From: Bordetella parapertussis
Lineage (GTDB): Bacteria; Pseudomonadota; Gammaproteobacteria; Burkholderiales; SG8-39
Direction: 5' to 3'
Assembly (NCBI GenBank): GCA_945892985.1
Contig: CAMDDU010000015.1
Location: 9,017-73,016 of the forward strand
DNA: 64,000 nucleotides
Below, piece by piece: positions 45,144 to 54,223 of the stretch. Positions within the stretch are counted from its first letter, which is position 1. Each line of letters starts with the position of its first letter. Both the position numbers and the translations under genes were made by a program. The notes below the pieces were generated by a model that was not told where the DNA came from, ran no database searches, and saw nothing but the letters and a program-made list of their open reading frames with translations.

Positions 45144-45991
45144 AATCCCTTGTTCCAGCTGAGCGCCCAGCGGCTGATCCACAGCACCACCAAGTCACTG
45201 AGGAATCCGAGAAAGCCTACGCTCAACATGGCGGCGATGATCACGTCCATCCGCAGGAAGTAATAAGCATCCCACATCGCAAACCCGAGCCCGGATTTAA
45301 CTGCAAGCATTTCAGCCACGATCACCAGCACCCAAGCCAGCCCGATCCCAAGCCGCAAGCCGGTAAAGATGAACGGCAGCGCGGAGGGAATCACCACACG
45401 CAACAAAAGCATGTGCGGGCGTATGCCCAGCATTCTAGCCGCCCGCACCAACAGCTTGGGCGTCCCGGACACGCCGGCCGCCGTGTTGACGACGATCGGA
45501 AAAAACGCCCCGAGTGCAATCAGAAAAAAAGCCGACGCATCGCGAATGCCGAAGAAAATCACCGCGAACGGGACCCATGACGTAATCGGGATGGGACGGA
45601 GCATTTGGATGATCGGGTCGAGCAGGTCCGACACCAGGCGAAACCAGCCGATCAGGGTTCCGAGAAACACGGCCACCACGGCGGCGAAGGCAAACCCGAT
45701 CAGCACCCGGTAGGTGCTGTTGCCGGCGTGCGACGCCCAGGTGCCAATATAGGGATCACCGGTCGGCTTCGCGAAAATCCAGCTGTACAGCGTCTTGCCG
45801 ACCGTCGCGGGCGACGGGACGAAACGCACGTCCACCCAGCCCGCGGTGGACGCCACATGCCAGAGCAGGAGGACGGCGAGAGGCCCGACCAGCCTAACTG
45901 CATTGACCTGCAACCAACTGCCGATGTTTCCCGCCACCAAGAATCCGCCTGACTTCACGCCGCCCGTCGGCATGCTCCGCTCATTCGCCAC
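45140..45991 (-). CDS. ABC transporter permease (NitT/TauT family)
   Basis: 283 aa, polytopic, with an EAA-loop-like ARMLGIRPHMLLLRVVIPSALP. Confidence 0.9.
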   Translation of the reverse strand: MANERSMPTGGVKSGGFLVAGNIGSWLQVNAVRLVGPLAVLLLWHVASTAGWVDVRFVPSPATVGKTLYSWIFAKPTGDPYIGTWASHAGNSTYRVLIGFAFAAVVAVFLGTLIGWFRLVSDLLDPIIQMLRPIPITSWVPFAVIFFGIRDASAFFLIALGAFFPIVVNTAAGVSGTPKLLVRAARMLGIRPHMLLLRVVIPSALPFIFTGLRLGIGLAWVLVIVAEMLAVKSGLGFAMWDAYYFLRMDVIIAAMLSVGFLGFLSDLVVLWISRWALSWNKGL

Positions 45992-46958
45992 CGAGGTCCT
46001 TCTTGGACTTGCCGGTTACCTGCATCAGCAGGCTGTAATCGAAGGTGCGGTCGATCGAGGCGGTCGTGTCGACCTTCGTGATGCCCGCTTCATGGATCAT
46101 CTTGAGGAGGTACTTCGCTTCCTTCTGGTACAGCTTGTAGTCAAGCTTCCCGCGGGGGATGGATTCCTTGACCACCTCGGGCGTCGACCCCGTACCTTTC
46201 TGCGCGACCTCGGCATAGCGGGCCGGGTTGGCATTGAGCGCATCGGTAGACTCGACCAGCGCACGCACCACCGCCAGCACGGCACTGCGGTTCTTCGCGA
46301 GGAAATCAGAATTGACCGCCATGGCGCCATTGATGTGCTTGGTCGGGTTGTCACCGATGTCGAGGCTGCTGTAATAGCCGACCTTGCCGATCGCCGCATC
46401 GGCGTTGTTCGGCTCCCAGAAGACGAACCCATCGATATCGCCTGCGCGCAGCGCTGCGATGACCGGCGGGCCGCCACCGCCAAAGCTGACCGTCTTGATT
46501 TTTGAGAGATCTGCCCCGGCGAGCTTGGCCGTCGCCTTGAACAGCAGTTCGGCATAACTGTTGGGTGCGGTGCCCAAGGTCTTGCCCTCGAGGTCCTTCC
46601 AAGTCTTGGCCTGAACGCCGTTGCGCAATGTCAGGCTCTGCCCACCAGTGAACACGCCCCCGACCACCTTGTGGTTCCTGAAGGCGTTTTCCTCCATCAG
46701 GCCGAGGTTGACATAGCCGAGCACCACGACATCCACCTGGTTGGTGGTGAGCGCCAGTTGCAGGTCTGCATAGCGCCGCAACGGCGTGACTTCCAGGTCG
46801 ACGCCATGCTTCTTGGCGTACTCCTGCATCAGCATCATGTTGGCCTGGTGAATCTGCACGGCATAAGCAAACCGGACCTTCTGCTGCGCCTGCGCGGACG
46901 TGATGCCCGCGAGCAGCGCAAATGCAAGCGCCGCTGAAAACTTCAACATTCTGCCCAT
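45981..46958 (-). CDS. ABC substrate-binding protein (SsuA/TauA/NMT1-like)
   Basis: 325 aa with a signal peptide. Paralogue of 54224..55204. Confidence 0.85.
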   Translation of the reverse strand: MGRMLKFSAALAFALLAGITSAQAQQKVRFAYAVQIHQANMMLMQEYAKKHGVDLEVTPLRRYADLQLALTTNQVDVVVLGYVNLGLMEENAFRNHKVVGGVFTGGQSLTLRNGVQAKTWKDLEGKTLGTAPNSYAELLFKATAKLAGADLSKIKTVSFGGGGPPVIAALRAGDIDGFVFWEPNNADAAIGKVGYYSSLDIGDNPTKHINGAMAVNSDFLAKNRSAVLAVVRALVESTDALNANPARYAEVAQKGTGSTPEVVKESIPRGKLDYKLYQKEAKYLLKMIHEAGITKVDTTASIDRTFDYSLLMQVTGKSKKDLGGE

Positions 46959-47025
46959 AGTAGCCCCCTGTGAATCAACGATTATTGGCGTCCCGTCCTT
47001 TACCCCCGAATCCCTGCCGCCATGA

Positions 47026-47856
47026 TCAGGGAATCAGTTGCGTAAGCAGTCCATAGCTGTCAGGCCGCCTATCGCGGTAGAACTGCCAAGCGCGCCTGCG
47101 CTCGGTGATGAAGTCCAGATCGCAGTCGGCCAGGAGGATTTCCTCGCCCTCGCCCGCCTGCGCCATGATATCGCCGACCGGATCGCAAATCACGCTCCGA
47201 CCGTAATAGGTGTAGTCGCCTTCCTTTCCCGTTCGGTTGAGACCGGCCACGAAGTACTCGTTGAAAATCGCATGCCCCATCAACTCCTTTTCCCAGACCT
47301 TCACCGACAGGCTGGCCTTGGGCGTGGCGCTGGGCACCAAGAGAATCTCGGCGCCATTCAATGCCGAGCAACGCGCACCTTCCGGGTAGTGGCGATCGTG
47401 GCAGATGATCACACCGATCTTGCCGAAGGCCGTCTCGAACACGGGGTAACCCAGGTTGCCTGGCTTAAAGTAAAGCTTCTCGTAGAAAATCGTGTTCAGC
47501 GGAATGTGGTTCTTGCGATACACCCCGAGGAACCTGCCATCCGCGTCGATCATCGCCGCCGAGTTGTAGTACACGCTGCGCCCGACGCGCTCGTAAATCG
47601 GCGCACAAATGACCACGCCCAGTTCCTTGGCGAGGGACTGCATCATCTTTGTGATGGGTCCGGGAATCTCCTCGGAGGTCTCCATGTACTTGATATCCAG
47701 CGAGGTGATGAAAAACAACTCGTGGAACACCTCCGGGAGAAGCAGCACCTGCGCGCCCTTGGCCGCAGCGTCGCGGATGTATTTTTCCGCCCTCGCAAGG
47801 TTCTCGGCGCGGGAGCGGTTGCACTCCACCTGCAGCAATCCGACACGGACCTTCAT
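47026..47856 (-). CDS. carbon-nitrogen hydrolase (nitrilase superfamily; N-carbamoyl-amidase / beta-ureidopropionase-like)
   Basis: 276 aa. E-K-C triad contexts LLLPE, YRKNH and VIICHD. Confidence 0.9.
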   Translation of the reverse strand: MKVRVGLLQVECNRSRAENLARAEKYIRDAAAKGAQVLLLPEVFHELFFITSLDIKYMETSEEIPGPITKMMQSLAKELGVVICAPIYERVGRSVYYNSAAMIDADGRFLGVYRKNHIPLNTIFYEKLYFKPGNLGYPVFETAFGKIGVIICHDRHYPEGARCSALNGAEILLVPSATPKASLSVKVWEKELMGHAIFNEYFVAGLNRTGKEGDYTYYGRSVICDPVGDIMAQAGEGEEILLADCDLDFITERRRAWQFYRDRRPDSYGLLTQLIP

Positions 47857-47887
47857 TTTCGCGCTCCCTGAGAATGTGTTGACTTGA

Positions 47888-48637
47888 TCAAACCATTATT
47901 TCGCCACCGGACGGACAAAGCATTTGTCCGGTGTAAAAATCCGAATCGCTCGACGCAAGGAACAGCGCCGACGCCTGGATGTCGCGCAACTCGCCGAGCT
48001 TGCGCAGAGGATAGCGCTGCCGCAGGACCTCAAGGAAAGCCGGGTCCATCTTCTCGGTCGTCTCCCCCTTGATCATGCTGGGCGCGATCGCGTTGATGTA
48101 AATTCCCTGCGGTCCGACTTCGCGCGCGAGTGCCCGCGTAAAGCCGGTCATCGCTCCCTTTGCCGCCGACAGGTGCACGAACTTCTCGGCGCCTGAGACC
48201 GCAAACGATCCGCTCATGTTGATGATCTTCCCGTACTTGCGCGAAATCATGTGCGGCAACACCGCCTTGCAGCACAGGAACATCGCCCGGACATGTACGT
48301 TGAACACCGCATCCCAGGCCTCGGGAGTCATGTCGACAAGCGGGGATGCGTTGACGATGCCGGCGTTGTTGACAAGGATGTCCACGCCGCCGAATTTTGC
48401 GCCGATGGCCTTGACCATGGCGTCGACCTGCGTCGCATCACCGACGTCGGCACGGAACACCTCGGCGACGCCGCCCGCCGCGCGAATCTTCGCAACGGTA
48501 TCTTCGGCACCCGCGGTACTGGAGTGATAGTTGACTGCAACCTTTGCGCCCTCGGCGGCAAACGCAGTTGCGATGCCCTTGCCAAGACCACGACTTGCGC
48601 CGGTAACCAGGGCTACGCGCCCGTCGAGTTTGCCCAT
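47888..48637 (-). CDS. SDR-fold protein lacking the canonical catalytic Tyr (paralogue of 31823..32581)
   Basis: TGASRGLGKG, NNAG and NMSG are present, and the YxxxK position reads HLSAAK. Confidence 0.85.
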   Translation of the reverse strand: MGKLDGRVALVTGASRGLGKGIATAFAAEGAKVAVNYHSSTAGAEDTVAKIRAAGGVAEVFRADVGDATQVDAMVKAIGAKFGGVDILVNNAGIVNASPLVDMTPEAWDAVFNVHVRAMFLCCKAVLPHMISRKYGKIINMSGSFAVSGAEKFVHLSAAKGAMTGFTRALAREVGPQGIYINAIAPSMIKGETTEKMDPAFLEVLRQRYPLRKLGELRDIQASALFLASSDSDFYTGQMLCPSGGEIMV

Positions 48638-48741
48638 GAATTCACCTCCCGTTAGAAGTCATTGCCAGAACAAACCGTGTCATGTTACGCCACCGCGACG
48701 TGCCTTGATAGCCTGATGAAGCTGCACATGCACACTGCATC

Positions 48742-48770
48742 TGTATACGTTATCGACATTATCGTATACA
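48742..48770. promoter_or_regulatory. candidate operator: perfect 8-bp inverted repeat
   Basis: TGTATACG-N13-CGTATACA, about 105 nt upstream of the SDR gene start (48637), in the only long non-coding gap of the minus-strand array. Confidence 0.35.
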
Positions 48771-48813
48771 ACTTGGCATGTCAACCACGCCTTTACTGTG
48801 GGGCAAAGCCGCA

Positions 48814-48975
48814 CTATTTGCATGCGGCGTCGATCGCCTGCAAGAACCGCATCGGCGTCAACGGCATATCCAACTGCCCCACGCCCAAGGGGCGAAGGAC
48901 ATCAACGACGGCATTGACGACGCAGGGCGCGGCACCGGTAGCTCTCTCCCGAAAAACACCGGATATCCTTTCCTG
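48814..48975 (-). pseudogene. 3' remnant (53 codons) of a third xanthine-dehydrogenase-family molybdopterin subunit gene
   Basis: My translation is QERISGVFRERATGAAPCVVNAVVDVLRPLGVGQLDMPLTPMRFLQAIDAACK*. It aligns with the C-termini of both intact copies (GATGAPPCVVNAVMDALRPMGVSWIDMPLAPMRVWRAL and GATGGPATTFNAVMDALAGLGVRDLRMPATPERVLQAI). It begins directly after the ABC ATPase stop codon, in the same frame. Confidence 0.7.
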
Positions 48976-49806
48976 CTAGACCGGGCCGGTGGCTCCACCC
49001 TGCCCGCTCGACTCATCGCGCAAAAGGCCCGCTTCTTCGAATAACCGGAGGATCTGCGATTCATATTCGCCGAAGGCCAAACTTCGGCGAACATGCAGGC
49101 TGCGCGGGCGCGGAAGGTCGATATCGATGATCTTGCTTACCGTTCCCGGCCGCCCCGTCATGACGACAACCTTATCCGACAAAAATATCGCCTCTGGAAT
49201 TGAATGGGTAACAAACAGGACCGACGCACGCCTCTTCAAAAAAATCCGCCCGAGGTCGACGGCCAGTTGATCCCGTGTGATGGCGTCCAGGGCGGCAAAA
49301 GGTTCGTCCATAAGCAACATATCGGGTCCGTGCACAAGGGCGCGGCAAATGGCAACGCGCTGTTGCATGCCGCCAGACAACTCGCGCGGATAAGCGTTTT
49401 CAAACCCTGCCAACCCCACTGAAAGCAGCAAGTCCCGTGCGCGCCGTTCACCCTCCTCCTTCGGCATGCCGTGCGCCTCTGCCGACAGCATGACGTTGCC
49501 GAGGGCACTGCGCCATTCGAGCAATACCGGTTTCTGGAATACCATCCCGGCGCTGGTGACCGGGCCCCGTATGGTTACATTGTTACGCAGCACCCGCCCG
49601 GCGGTCGGCATGCGAAGACCCGCAACCAGCGACAGGATAGTGCTCTTGCCACAACCGCTGGGGCCCAGAATTGACACGAATTGCCCGGACTCGACGGTCA
49701 TCGACACATTGCGCAATGCCTCGACGCTGGTGCGTCCTGCATAGCGCAAGGATACGCCCTCAAGTGTGATCGATGCGGTGCCCGGTGTGCAGAGTTCATC
49801 AGCCAT
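48976..49806 (-). CDS. ABC transporter ATP-binding protein (NitT/TauT family)
   Basis: Start at MADELCT overlaps the permease stop (TGATG). GPSGCGKST, LSGGMQQR, LLMDEPF. Confidence 0.9.
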   Translation of the reverse strand: MADELCTPGTASITLEGVSLRYAGRTSVEALRNVSMTVESGQFVSILGPSGCGKSTILSLVAGLRMPTAGRVLRNNVTIRGPVTSAGMVFQKPVLLEWRSALGNVMLSAEAHGMPKEEGERRARDLLLSVGLAGFENAYPRELSGGMQQRVAICRALVHGPDMLLMDEPFAALDAITRDQLAVDLGRIFLKRRASVLFVTHSIPEAIFLSDKVVVMTGRPGTVSKIIDIDLPRPRSLHVRRSLAFGEYESQILRLFEEAGLLRDESSGQGGATGPV

Positions 49807-50594
49807 CACTGCGACCCCCGCGCTTCGGTGTCCGTCTCGCGCCGCCACGGCACGACCAACCACTCGAGCAGCGCGACCGCAGCGTAGAGCGCGAGGCCAA
49901 GCAGGGTCAGCGCAATTAGCGCTGAGAACGAAAGCGTGGAATCCATGCGCGCCGAGGCCGAAAGCAGCAGGTAACCGAGGCCCTTGTCTGCCCCGACAAA
50001 TTCGGCCACTATGGCGCCGATCAGCGCCAGGGTCATGGCGACCTTGAGACCGGCGAATATAGCGGGCAGCGCTTGCGGCAGGCTGATGCGCATGAAGAAT
50101 TTGACACGACCAAAACCGAGGATACGGCCGAGATTGTGCATGTCAGGATCGACCGTGCGAAAGCCCGCAATGGCATTGACCACAATTGGGAAAAACGCCA
50201 CCAGCACGACAACAATGACCTTTGGCAGTATGCCAAAACCGAGCACCACCACCAGGAGCGGGGCGACAGCGATCTTGGGAACAGTCTGCAGGCCGACCAC
50301 CAGCGGGTAGCCGAACGAGTAAGCAGTACGCGATTCGGTCATCAGCACCGCCATCGGCATGGCGATGAGCACGCTGACGATGAACCCAAGGACGGTCTCC
50401 CAAGCGGTGACAGCGGCCTCATCGAGCAACGTGGCACGCTGCTCCCACATGTTGCTTAGCACCTTTTCAGGACCGGGCAACAGATACTCCTTGACTCCGG
50501 TCAGGCGCACAAAAAGCCACCAAAGCAGCACCACTGCGATGGCGCTTGTCAGGTAGATCGCAGTCTCACGCCAGGCGCGACGCGACATGATCAT
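49806..50594 (-). CDS. ABC transporter permease (NitT/TauT family)
   Basis: 262 aa, polytopic. ATGA overlap with the upstream hydrolase gene. Confidence 0.9.
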   Translation of the reverse strand: MIMSRRAWRETAIYLTSAIAVVLLWWLFVRLTGVKEYLLPGPEKVLSNMWEQRATLLDEAAVTAWETVLGFIVSVLIAMPMAVLMTESRTAYSFGYPLVVGLQTVPKIAVAPLLVVVLGFGILPKVIVVVLVAFFPIVVNAIAGFRTVDPDMHNLGRILGFGRVKFFMRISLPQALPAIFAGLKVAMTLALIGAIVAEFVGADKGLGYLLLSASARMDSTLSFSALIALTLLGLALYAAVALLEWLVVPWRRETDTEARGSQ

Positions 50595-51763
50595 GGCTCT
50601 GGTATCAGGGTGCGGCTGTCATGCCCGGCCACCAGCCCTACGCTAGATACCGTCTTGATCCAGTCGGCGATCTGCACCCATAAGTTGGCGCGTAGCGCGC
50701 CCATCGGGTGGAACTGCCCCTCGGCAATCCAGATTTCCTTAGGGCACTTCATGTTGGCATAGAAAGCCTCAGCCGCCTCGAGCGAGGTGAGTTGGTCATA
50801 CTCAGCAGTGACAATCAGGGTCGGCGTCCTGATCTGTGACGCCAACCGCGGCACCGACAACTCATCGACCTGCTTGTCGAGTTCCTCATCCGTCTTGATG
50901 CCAGCCATGTACATGAAGTGGCTGCGAAAGTTGGGAGGTGCCATGGAAAAGAACATGTCCAGATTGCCGTAAAGGCCGATCATCGACACATGCGCCTTGA
51001 AGCGATGTTCAATGGCGACGCTGCGAATCGAGTTGTAGCCACCCAGCGAAAGGCCAAGCACGCTCACATTGCCGCCGTCCACGTCGTCGCGCTTGGCCAG
51101 AGCGTCAAGCACCGTCGTCAATGCGCGCTCGTAGGCGCCAAGACTCGCCTTGATGCCGCGCAGGTTGCTGGCGCCCTGGCCCGGGCCGTCGATTGACAGG
51201 CAGGCCATACCGCGGCGCGCAAAGACGTTATTCTGGACGTTGGGAAAGTCCTCCTTGGTCATATCCATCCCGGGCACAAACACCACGCACGGTGGCCGCG
51301 TGACGCCCCTGGGCAAGTGCAGGATGCCCGGAATGAGACCGCCCTCGAACGGGATCTCAACGCGCACGATCTTGTACAACTCGTTGTAGGCGATGACCTT
51401 GTCAAAACAGCGCTCCTCGGAGGCGTTAAGTTCGATCTTGCGCGCGCTCTTGTCGTCCATGATTGGCCACTTGGCGCGGCCGAAACAGATGGCGGCGCGC
51501 TGGTAGAACTCGCCGGCGGTGATGTGGTTGCCCTTGCCTTCGGCCAGGGTGGCCTGCAATTCGAGACCGCGGGCGGTGCGTTCCCACTCCTTGCTGATCA
51601 TCTTGAAGGAGCGAATTCGCGACATGGTGCGTTCTATGTCGATCTGGCGCTGGCCGCATTCGATCCACGCCGGGCCCATTCCCGGCCACATGGCCTCGGT
51701 GCCGGCGATACCCAGCGCCATGTCCATCATCCAGGTTTCGTTACGTCTGCGGAAATTGCTCAT
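50591..51763 (-). CDS. alpha/beta hydrolase with N-terminal helical domain (FrsA / C-C-hydrolase-like)
   Basis: 390 aa. Nucleophile elbow GLSLGG, and about 150 aa of non-catalytic N-terminal region. Sits between the binding-protein and permease genes. Confidence 0.7.
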   Translation of the reverse strand: MSNFRRRNETWMMDMALGIAGTEAMWPGMGPAWIECGQRQIDIERTMSRIRSFKMISKEWERTARGLELQATLAEGKGNHITAGEFYQRAAICFGRAKWPIMDDKSARKIELNASEERCFDKVIAYNELYKIVRVEIPFEGGLIPGILHLPRGVTRPPCVVFVPGMDMTKEDFPNVQNNVFARRGMACLSIDGPGQGASNLRGIKASLGAYERALTTVLDALAKRDDVDGGNVSVLGLSLGGYNSIRSVAIEHRFKAHVSMIGLYGNLDMFFSMAPPNFRSHFMYMAGIKTDEELDKQVDELSVPRLASQIRTPTLIVTAEYDQLTSLEAAEAFYANMKCPKEIWIAEGQFHPMGALRANLWVQIADWIKTVSSVGLVAGHDSRTLIPEP

Positions 51764-51811
51764 GCTACGGCCCTTTCGATTCGTTAAAGGTGACTGCTGT
51801 CGGCGGACGGA

Positions 51812-52828
51812 CTATTGCGGGATAAATTCGTTGGTAAAGTACGTCGATACCGGCTGGCGATTCTTGAGCTCGGCATGCTTTTCCAGCAAATCCAGCGTGG
51901 CAGTCCAATCGGCCTCACTGGTCCAGCCCATGGGCTTGCCGACCGAGCGCGGCGTTTGCGCCAGCTTCAAAGCCCAGCCGAGCGTCTCGGTCAGGAACAC
52001 GCGGTTGGCCTTGGGGGCCGCTTTGAGGGTGTACTCCACCGCCTCGTTCGGGTTCTTGCGGGCATACTCCCATGAACGCACCGTCGCCGCCATGAATCGT
52101 TTCACCAGATCGGGGTTCTGCTTGATGAGATCGTTATGCGCGGCAACCGAGGCACTTACGGTGGAGATGCCATAGTCCACATACGTAATCTGGTCGATGT
52201 TCATTCCGGCCGGTGCGCCAAGCTTTACGCGGTAATAGTCGCCGGTCACATACCCACCCACGGCGTCGACCTGGCCCTGGTAGAGCACCCCAGGCTTGTT
52301 GGCCGGGTTGATGGCAACAACCTTGACCGTTTTGGGGTCGATCTTGTTCGATATGAGCAGCGTATTGAACAAGGCCGTCATCGCTTCGCCTGGCTGCAGG
52401 CCCACCGTCTTGCCCTTGAGGTCGGCTAGCGTCTTGATGCCGGAGGCCGTATTGAAGATGAGGTCGAACGGCGCCTGCTGCACCAGTGTGCCGACCGATC
52501 GGATCGGCAACCCCTGGCCTACGCTCAACGCAAGAACACTACCGTCGATTATGCTGAACTGCTCCGATTTTTGCGCCAGTAACGCGGCGTTGGGCGCGGC
52601 ACCCTTGCCTTCGATGATCTTCAGATCTATGCCGGCATCGCGGTAAAAGCCCAGCGCTTGGCCGAGGAAAAACGGCAGTTGGTCCCCTCCAAATCCCGGA
52701 ATCCACGCCAAGCGCAGCGTGACCTCGTCGCGCGCCGGGGTCTGGGCTTGCGCGAGCGGCGTGAAACATGTGAACAGCGTAAGCGCGGCGATTAGTGCGA
52801 GTGGTACCACAGACAGGCGTAAGCGCAT
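51812..52828 (-). CDS. ABC substrate-binding protein (NMT1/THI5-like)
   Basis: 338 aa. Signal peptide, then LRLAWIPGFGGDQLPFFLGQALGFYRDAGIDLKI, typical of NMT1/ThiY-like binding proteins. Confidence 0.85.
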   Translation of the reverse strand: MRLRLSVVPLALIAALTLFTCFTPLAQAQTPARDEVTLRLAWIPGFGGDQLPFFLGQALGFYRDAGIDLKIIEGKGAAPNAALLAQKSEQFSIIDGSVLALSVGQGLPIRSVGTLVQQAPFDLIFNTASGIKTLADLKGKTVGLQPGEAMTALFNTLLISNKIDPKTVKVVAINPANKPGVLYQGQVDAVGGYVTGDYYRVKLGAPAGMNIDQITYVDYGISTVSASVAAHNDLIKQNPDLVKRFMAATVRSWEYARKNPNEAVEYTLKAAPKANRVFLTETLGWALKLAQTPRSVGKPMGWTSEADWTATLDLLEKHAELKNRQPVSTYFTNEFIPQ

Positions 52829-52930
52829 AATTTCTCCTCGTTAACTCGGTTGGGCGGGCAAAAACGGGGTGGCTAAACTCATAGAAAGAAGTAATGATAC
52901 TAATGGATGCACTAGGCCGCGGCGACGGCG

Positions 52931-53374
52931 TCAGCCGGCATCCCCGGCTTTTCTAGTTTTCTTACCTGCCGGCTTGACGGCGCTCTCGGCCATCACTGCA
53001 TTGAGCCGTTTCATCGCGAACAAACCTCGCGGCTGGCCGGCGTAGTACATAACCTGATAGATGATTTCCTTTATGTCATCGTTGCTGATGCCCAGCTTGT
53101 GCGCATGGCGCAGGTGCAGGTCAATGCCATCGGTGCCCAAGGTGATCAGAGAAGCGAGCACGATCATTTCTCTTTCGCGCAGCGTGAGCCCGGGCCGCGC
53201 CCAGACCTCGCCAAACACGAAGCCGGTGGTCAGGCGCCAGAAAACTTCGTCGTTCTTGCGAAGGTCGGGGTTGGTGCCCCAGCCCATTTTTTTGTATATC
53301 TTGAGACCACGCTCAAGGCGGCCCTTGGGATCCAGGGTTAGGTTTTTGCTTTTTTTTATGGCGGGCTTTTTCAT
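52931..53374 (-). CDS. carboxymuconolactone decarboxylase (CMD/AhpD-like) family protein
   Basis: 147 aa. LTLREREMIVLASLITLG...HLRHA pattern. Confidence 0.8.
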   Translation of the reverse strand: MKKPAIKKSKNLTLDPKGRLERGLKIYKKMGWGTNPDLRKNDEVFWRLTTGFVFGEVWARPGLTLREREMIVLASLITLGTDGIDLHLRHAHKLGISNDDIKEIIYQVMYYAGQPRGLFAMKRLNAVMAESAVKPAGKKTRKAGDAG

Positions 53375-53380
53375 GGCACC

Positions 53381-54154
53381 TCAGTTGGGTGAGTGGAGTT
53401 GGCGCCGGAACATTGGAAAGATGATTTCCCAGTCACGGTTGGCACCCTGCTTGTCGAAAATATCGCGATCGGGCAACGCATAGCCGTGGTCCGCGCCCTG
53501 ATGGATTTCGGAATGGTAATTAACCCCCGCGGCGCGCATCGCCTTGTCCAGTCCCTCGATCATCGCGACCGGCGTGTGGCGATCTTTTGAGGCAAAACCG
53601 CAGTACACCTCGCCCTGTGCGTTGGCGGCGGTCAGGTGCGGTGAATCGGCGGCATTTGACACAAGGTCTGTGCCATGAAGGCTCACGCTCGCCCGGAAAC
53701 GGTCTGGAAACACGCCGGCAACGCGAAACACATGGCGTCCTCCCATGCAGTAGCCGATGGAACCGAGCGGGCCGCCCGGTCGCACCGGCTGGCCGGCATC
53801 GATAAAATTCAGGATCGCACGCGTATCCTCGATCACCATGCCGTCGTTGAGGTGCTTGAGCGGTTCAAGCACTTTTTCGCGCTTGTCCTGCTCAAGCGCA
53901 TCAAGCGTGATCATCTGGTTCTTTGCGTTGCGGAACTCGTGCCTGACCCTTCCCTGGCGATAATAAAAATCCGGCACCATACAGTAATAACCGACCGTCG
54001 CAACACGCCGCGCAACGTCGAACAGCTCTTCGCGCACGCCCCAGACATCCATGTAGATAATGACCGCAGGAAAGGGGCCACCCTCGACCGGGTGCGTGAC
54101 AAAGGTGTCAATTACGCCGCTCGGTGTGGGAATTTCGAACACATGTTCTCTCAC
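53381..54154 (-). CDS. dienelactone hydrolase family protein
   Basis: 257 aa. GYCMGG nucleophile (Cys) elbow. Confidence 0.85.
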   Translation of the reverse strand: MREHVFEIPTPSGVIDTFVTHPVEGGPFPAVIIYMDVWGVREELFDVARRVATVGYYCMVPDFYYRQGRVRHEFRNAKNQMITLDALEQDKREKVLEPLKHLNDGMVIEDTRAILNFIDAGQPVRPGGPLGSIGYCMGGRHVFRVAGVFPDRFRASVSLHGTDLVSNAADSPHLTAANAQGEVYCGFASKDRHTPVAMIEGLDKAMRAAGVNYHSEIHQGADHGYALPDRDIFDKQGANRDWEIIFPMFRRQLHSPN

Positions 54155-54223
54155 AAAATTGTCCCTTTCTGGAAGAGGGCATGCAGGGAAAATACCCTAG
54201 CGCAGGCTACGCAGGCGCCCAAG

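Noticed and set aside
48858-49094. 78-aa minus-strand ORF in the ORF track spanning the ABC ATPase stop region.
   Set aside because: It is the wrong frame. The meaningful reading of this DNA is the Mo-hydroxylase C-terminal remnant in the frame of 48814..48975.
52829-52930. TPP riboswitch upstream of the NMT1/THI5-like binding-protein gene. I also checked upstream of the other two binding-protein genes.
   Set aside because: No CUGAGA / ACCUGAUCUGGAUAAUGCCAGCG-like conserved cores were seen. The transporters sit in a catabolic context rather than a thiamine context.
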